Shown: positions 60,013 through 64,000 of the stretch, piece by piece
Layout: each line of letters begins with the position of its first letter
How positions within the stretch are numbered: the stretch's first letter is position 1
NCBI GenBank assembly: GCA_036504355.1
Contig: DASXVG010000079.1
Coordinates: 580-64,579 of the forward strand
Length of the DNA stretch: 64,000 bases
Direction: 5' to 3'
Source: Candidatus Limnocylindrales bacterium
GTDB taxonomy: Bacteria; Chloroflexota; Limnocylindria; Limnocylindrales; CSP1-4
Notes under the pieces: model-generated
Database searches by the model: none
What the model was told of the DNA's origin: nothing
Seen by the model: the letters and a program-made list of their open reading frames with translations, nothing else
Made by a program: the position numbers and the translations under genes

Positions 60013-61068
60013 GTGCCGTCCGTCCTCTCGCGCAAGGTCCCGCTCGCCGAGCTCCACTGCCACCTCGGCGCCGCGGTCACCCCGGCGATCATGTGGTCGA
60101 TCGCCCACGCGCAGGGGATCAAGCTCCCGACCCGCGACTATTGGGAGTTCCGCGACCTGATCACGGTCCACCCCCGACGGCCCAAGAGCTTCGACGGCTA
60201 CCTCCAGCTGTTCCACTGGACGGAGCTCATCCAGTCGAGCCCGATCGCCGTGGAGCGCGCGGTCTACGAGGTCGTCGGCGGGGCGTACCGCAAGAACAAC
60301 ATCACGACGATGGAGCTGCGCTTCAACCCGATGAAGCGGAACCGGGGCGGCGAGCAGGACGTGGACCACATCGTGGCCGCGGCGGTCCGGGGCATGGACC
60401 GCGCGACGCTCGAATACCCGGTCAAGCCCGGGCTCATCTTCTGCCTCGACCGCGCGTTCCCGTACGAGCTCAACGAGATCCTCGTGGAGAAGGCGATCGC
60501 GTGGCGCGACCGGGGCGTCGTCGGCATCGACATCGCGGGCCCGGAGAGCGCGACGTTCCGGGTCGCCGACTATCGGCGCATCTTCCGCAAGGCCCGCCAG
60601 CACGGCCTGGGGATCACGGTCCACACCGGCGAGTCCGGCCCGGTCGAGGAGGTCGCGCGAGTCATCACGCAGCTCGAGCCGGACCGGATCGGCCACGGCG
60701 TGAAGGCGGCCTACGACCCGCGGACCATGGCGATGCTGCGTGAGCGCGGGATCGTGCTCGAGATCTGTCCGACGTCGAACCTGAACACGGGTGTCGTGGC
60801 GAGCTGGGAGGAGTTCCGCTGGATCTTCGACCAGTTCCACCGCAACGGCGTGCGCTACGCGATCAGCACCGACGGCCCGGAGATGCTCAAGACGTACATC
60901 CGCGATGAGCTCGCCACGCTCAGCCGCCTCGGGATCCTGTCGCTCGAGCAGCAGCAGCAGGTCGCGGCGACCGCGCTGGCGGCGTCGTTCGTGCCCAACG
61001 TGTCAGACGTGCCGGTCGCCGTCCGCGAGCCCGCGCGGCGCCAGGTCGTGGAGCGCGAGGAGGGCTGA
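60013..61068 (+). CDS. add: Adenosine/adenine deaminase-family metallohydrolase
   Basis: LAELHCHLGAAV, ITVHTGESG, DRIGHG, ICPTSN, ISTDGP. Confidence 0.75.
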   Translation: MPSVLSRKVPLAELHCHLGAAVTPAIMWSIAHAQGIKLPTRDYWEFRDLITVHPRRPKSFDGYLQLFHWTELIQSSPIAVERAVYEVVGGAYRKNNITTMELRFNPMKRNRGGEQDVDHIVAAAVRGMDRATLEYPVKPGLIFCLDRAFPYELNEILVEKAIAWRDRGVVGIDIAGPESATFRVADYRRIFRKARQHGLGITVHTGESGPVEEVARVITQLEPDRIGHGVKAAYDPRTMAMLRERGIVLEICPTSNLNTGVVASWEEFRWIFDQFHRNGVRYAISTDGPEMLKTYIRDELATLSRLGILSLEQQQQVAATALAASFVPNVSDVPVAVREPARRQVVEREEG

Positions 61069-62235
61069 TCAGCCCCCGGGGCGGGTAGCCATCACGGCGA
61101 CGCGGTCCGCCCCACCGGTGACCTCGATCTCGTACCGGTCCGGGATGGCCGTGGCGCCCGGGGTCTCGATCCGCCCGCCGGTCCATGTTCCGACGCCGTC
61201 GAGGGTCGCCTTGCGGGAGCCGCCGGCCACGCGCAGCGTCGCCGCCACGCCGGACGGCCGCGCGATCGTGACGTCCCTCGCGCCTCCCTCGAGCCTGATA
61301 CGGACGACGCCGGCGGGGACGCCGAGACGCAGCTGCACGTTTCCGGCACCGCCCGAGACGACGACCTCGCCGAGGCGGATCGAGCGCAGGTCGGCGTCGA
61401 TGGCCGTGGCGCCGCCCCGGAATTCGATCGTCCACGGCAGCCGGTCGTTGAGGACGAGCTCCGTGCGGTCCTTGCGCCAGTGCGCCGAGGCGTCGACCCA
61501 CTGGTCCGCGATCCGCGTCCGGAAGTCGAACCATGCGAAACGGGGATAGCGGATCGTGATGACGCCGTCGCGGACCCTCGCGCTGGGGACCGCGCCGCTG
61601 AACCGAGCGCGGTACAGGTCCGGCCCGAGCGCCGGGTCGGTGGTGATGGCGACGGTCGGGACCGCGGTCACGAAGACCAGACGTCCGTGGGTTGCGGCGG
61701 CGACCGGTCCGCTCGACGCCGATCCCGCGGCCCCGCCGGCGACCGAGGCGGCGATGCCTGCGGCGCCCGGTTCTCGCGCGAGCGCGATCGCGTCGCGCGA
61801 CCCGGCGACCGTGGTCTCGAGGAACAGGCGGATGGCCCGGATGTCGCCGTAGGGCGCCGGGGACAGCGCCCCGCGGACAGCCTGGTCGAGTGGGTCGAAG
61901 GCACGCGCCACGGCGAGTGTGCGTTCGGCGACGGGCTCGACGATCACGCGCCGCCGATCGGCGGGGTCGGCAACCCGGCGCACGTATCCGGCCTGCTCGA
62001 GCCGGTCGACCATGCGTGTCGTGGCCCCGGTCGTCAGGGCGGTCAGCTCGCCCAGGCGACCGACGGCCATCGCCCCCTCGGAGGAGAGGAGGCCAAGGCA
62101 CTCGACGTCGGTGGCCGCGAGGCCGAACCGCTCGGCGACGACCTGGGTGAAGGCGGCGCGGCCGGCGCTCAACTCGGTCGTCGCGCGGAGGATCGCGGCG
62201 ACCAGCTCGTCCCGGTCGGAATCGGGGGTTGACAC
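61069..62235 (-). CDS. MarR-family HTH regulator fused to a ~230-aa beta-rich C-terminal domain (LiaG/DUF4097 'toastrack'-like)
   Basis: N-terminal region: VECLGLLSSEGAMAVGRLGELTALTTGATTRMVDRLEQAGYVRRVADPADRRRVIV (MarR wHTH). C-terminal repetitive beta-type segments: VVVSGGAGNVQLRLG..VRIRLEGGARDVTIARP..ATLRVAGGSRKATLDG..YEIEVTGGADRVAV. Confidence 0.7.
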   Translation of the reverse strand: MSTPDSDRDELVAAILRATTELSAGRAAFTQVVAERFGLAATDVECLGLLSSEGAMAVGRLGELTALTTGATTRMVDRLEQAGYVRRVADPADRRRVIVEPVAERTLAVARAFDPLDQAVRGALSPAPYGDIRAIRLFLETTVAGSRDAIALAREPGAAGIAASVAGGAAGSASSGPVAAATHGRLVFVTAVPTVAITTDPALGPDLYRARFSGAVPSARVRDGVITIRYPRFAWFDFRTRIADQWVDASAHWRKDRTELVLNDRLPWTIEFRGGATAIDADLRSIRLGEVVVSGGAGNVQLRLGVPAGVVRIRLEGGARDVTIARPSGVAATLRVAGGSRKATLDGVGTWTGGRIETPGATAIPDRYEIEVTGGADRVAVMATRPGG

Positions 62236-62259
62236 CGTTGCTCCCTGTCAGGCTAATAT
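62229..62259 (+). promoter_or_regulatory. Candidate sigma-70-type promoter for the small ORF / ABC transporter, overlapping the MarR gene start
   Basis: TTGACA (62229-34) is followed 17-19 nt later by gCTAATAT (62252-59). The surroundings are unusually AT-rich for this sequence. The heptamer AGCGCAG is repeated immediately downstream. Confidence 0.45.
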
Positions 62260-62361
62260 CTGCACAGCGCAGAGACATGTTAGCGCAGCAGATGAGCCGC
62301 GGCAAGACTACCCGGCGCCGGAACGCCAGGCAAGGGGACGCGGCCCCATGGAGGATCGATC

Positions 62362-62535
62362 GTGACACTCAATCGGCAGCAGGCCGACATCGTGGCCCCC
62401 GGGGCGTGGCTGGCGTTCATCGTGACGCTGGTCTGCTTCGCCCGGCCCGCGCTCGTCGGGGGAGCGGTCATCGGGACGCTCCTGCTCGGGATCTACTACG
62501 CGGCCCGTGACGCCGCGGGGCAAGACCATGACTGA
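62362..62535 (+). CDS. Small (57 aa) two-TM membrane protein, not in the supplied ORF track
   Basis: ggagga lies 6 nt before GTG 62362. Translation: VTLNRQQADIVAPGAWLAFIVTLVCFARPALVGGAVIGTLLLGIYYAARDAAGQDHD. Its stop overlaps the ABC ATPase start region. Confidence 0.4.
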   Translation: MTLNRQQADIVAPGAWLAFIVTLVCFARPALVGGAVIGTLLLGIYYAARDAAGQDHD

Positions 62536-63487
62536 ACCGGTCATCGTGACGGAGTCGCTGCGACGGACCTTCGGCACGCAGGACGACGTCGTGGAAGCTG
62601 TCGCAGGCGTCGACCTGCGCGTGGAGGCGGGCACGATCTTTGGCTTCCTGGGGCCCAACGGCGCCGGCAAGACCACGACCCTCCGGATCCTCGCGACGCT
62701 GCTCCCCCCGACATCCGGCATGGCGCGGGTCGCAGGCCTCGACGTCGCCACCGAGGCCGCAGCCGTCCGGCGGCGGATCGGATATGTCGCGCAGACCGGC
62801 GGCACCGACCCCCGGATGAGCGGCCGCGGCGAGCTCGTGATGCAGGGCCGGCTGTTCGGCCTGTCGGGCGCGGACGCCCATGCCCGTGCCGCCGAGCTGC
62901 TCGATGCCCTCGAGCTCGCGGACGCTGCAGACCGCCCGATCGAGACCTACTCCGGCGGCATGCGCCGCCGGCTCGACGTCGGCCTCGGCATGGTCCATCG
63001 ACCCGTCGTCCTGTTCCTGGACGAGCCCACGACGGGCCTCGACCCCCAGGCCCGGGTCCGGATGTGGGACGAGGTGCGCCGCCTCCGGGACGGCGGCACG
63101 ACGGTCTTCCTCACCACCCACTATCTCGAGGAGGCGGACGCCCTGTGCGACCGACTCGCGATCATCGACCACGGCCGGATCGTCGCCGGCGGGACCGGCG
63201 CGGAGCTCAAGCACGCCATCGCGGGCGATGTGATCACGGTCGGCGTCGCCGAGTCCGCGGAGCTCGTTCGGCACCTGCTCGCCGCACAGCCGTTCGTGCG
63301 CGAGGCCACCGTCACCGATGGCCTCGTGCGGCTCTACGTCACCGACGGCGAGGCCAGCCTCCCGGCCGTCCTCCGCCTCCTCGACGCCCAGGGCCTCGCG
63401 CCCCAGACGCTGTCGCTCCACCGGCCGAGCCTCGACGACGTGTTCCTGCGCCAGACCGGCCGCTCGCTGCGGGAGGAGGCGGCATGA
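62528..63487 (+). CDS. ABC transporter ATP-binding protein (DrrA / ABC-2 exporter type)
   Basis: Walker A GPNGAGKTTT, signature YSGGMRRRL, Walker B VLFLDEPTTGLD, and H-loop TTHYLEEA. Confidence 0.9.
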   Translation: MTEPVIVTESLRRTFGTQDDVVEAVAGVDLRVEAGTIFGFLGPNGAGKTTTLRILATLLPPTSGMARVAGLDVATEAAAVRRRIGYVAQTGGTDPRMSGRGELVMQGRLFGLSGADAHARAAELLDALELADAADRPIETYSGGMRRRLDVGLGMVHRPVVLFLDEPTTGLDPQARVRMWDEVRRLRDGGTTVFLTTHYLEEADALCDRLAIIDHGRIVAGGTGAELKHAIAGDVITVGVAESAELVRHLLAAQPFVREATVTDGLVRLYVTDGEASLPAVLRLLDAQGLAPQTLSLHRPSLDDVFLRQTGRSLREEAA

Positions 63488-64000
63488 CCGCAACCGCCAT
63501 CGCCCGGCCCCTCGAGAACGGATCCTCCTCCGTGCGCGTGCTCCACGACACCTGGCTTGTGTTCCGCCGCTCGCTCGGGCTCACCGTGCGCCAGCCGGCG
63601 TGGCTCATCGCGGGCGTCATGCAGCCGTTCGTCTATCTCATCCTGTTCGGCCCGCTGCTCGACAGCCTGTCGTCCATGCCGGGCTTCCCGGCGGGCGGCG
63701 CGTTCAACACGTTCGTGCCGGGCCTGCTCGTCATGACGGCGCTGTTCGGCTCGACGTTCGTCGGCTTCGGCTTCATCGGCGAGATGCGCTCGGGCGTGGT
63801 GGAGCGGATGCGGGTCACGCCGATGAGCCGGACCGCCGCGGTCCTTGGCCGGACGCTCCGCGACGTCGTCGTGTTCATGGTCCAGGGGCTCATCCTGGTC
63901 GTCGTGTCCGTCCCGCTGGGCCTGCGCATCGACCCGGTCGGCCTGCTCGTCGCGTTCGCGCTGCTGGCGCTCATCGGGCTCGTCCTCGGCCCGGTCAGCT
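63484..64000 (+). CDS. ABC-2 type transporter permease (5' part; runs off the window end)
   Basis: ATGA overlap with the ATPase gene. The frame stays open to the window end. FRRSLGLTVRQPAWLIAGVMQPFVYLILFG and EMRSGVVERMRVTPMSR are typical of ABC-2 permeases. Confidence 0.75.
   Translation, partial: MTATAIARPLENGSSSVRVLHDTWLVFRRSLGLTVRQPAWLIAGVMQPFVYLILFGPLLDSLSSMPGFPAGGAFNTFVPGLLVMTALFGSTFVGFGFIGEMRSGVVERMRVTPMSRTAAVLGRTLRDVVVFMVQGLILVVVSVPLGLRIDPVGLLVAFALLALIGLVLGPVS

Noticed and set aside
62229-62510. A 93-aa ORF upstream of the ABC ATPase
   Set aside because: The product is Arg-rich and non-hydrophobic, and the start has no Shine-Dalgarno sequence. A different frame gives a 57-aa two-TM protein with a GGAGGA Shine-Dalgarno sequence and a stop overlapping the ATPase start, which is the more credible reading.
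1-64000. Mobile elements, prophage, tRNA/rRNA genes and toxin-antitoxin or classical defence systems
   Set aside because: No integrase, transposase, recombinase, terminal inverted repeats, tRNA-like cloverleaf sequence (no GTTCGAATC-type T-arm) or restriction/Cas-like motifs were recognised in any frame. The window looks like core chromosome.

Overview
Very GC-rich bacterial chromosomal segment. The G+C content was not computed. The gene content (HemQ/ChdC, HemY, an F420-type LLM oxidoreductase, a maltokinase-like kinase, large LuxR/P-loop regulators) suggests Actinomycetota or a related high-GC lineage. I saw no rRNA, tRNA, CRISPR array, transposase or integrase. About 60 genes can be supported.

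Gene content from left to right:
- Two tandem LuxR-family regulators with a P-loop NTPase domain.
- An OmpR/HisKA two-component operon. Its regulator is preceded, in the same frame, by an ArsR-type HTH.
- Housekeeping oxidoreductase and hydrolase genes.
- A TPP riboswitch driving a ThiY-like binding protein and a permease, with no ATPase.
- A GT1 glycosyltransferase, an aldehyde dehydrogenase, and a maltokinase-like/SIS gene pair.
- A large haem locus in two parts. On the minus strand: feoA-feoB, hemQ, and a Cys-rich ferrochelatase. On the plus strand: HTH regulator-hemA-hemC/D fusion-hemB-hemL-hemE-second Cys-free ferrochelatase-AhbD/NirJ-like radical SAM/SPASM protein-hemY. Most junctions in the plus-strand operon are ATGA/GTGA overlaps.
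- LLM oxidoreductase, mutY, a YjeF_N epimerase, glpD, and a Gly/Tyr-rich double zinc-ribbon protein.
- A four-gene membrane operon: ICMT/PEMT-like methyltransferase, Lgt paralogue, single-Cys membrane protein, and a Tes/MJ0619-like zinc-ribbon radical SAM enzyme. It diverges from a polytopic GAF histidine kinase and NarL-type regulator, which are followed by 12-bp direct repeats and five small secreted or membrane proteins.
- A 2-oxoacid dehydrogenase cluster (lpd, E1 alpha, E1 beta, E2) interrupted by a small hypothetical gene and an opposite-strand AlkZ/YcaQ-like glycosylase.
- lipA and an adenosine deaminase-like gene.
- A MarR fusion protein diverging from a small membrane ORF and a DrrAB-like ABC exporter, which is truncated at the window end.

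The two best candidates for undescribed biology are:
1. The methyltransferase/Lgt-like/radical-SAM membrane operon at 41.1-44.6 kb.
2. The AhbD-like radical SAM enzyme embedded, next to a second ferrochelatase, in a coproporphyrin-dependent haem operon.

All functional calls rest on motifs read from the translated ORFs and on recalled family knowledge. No database search was run.
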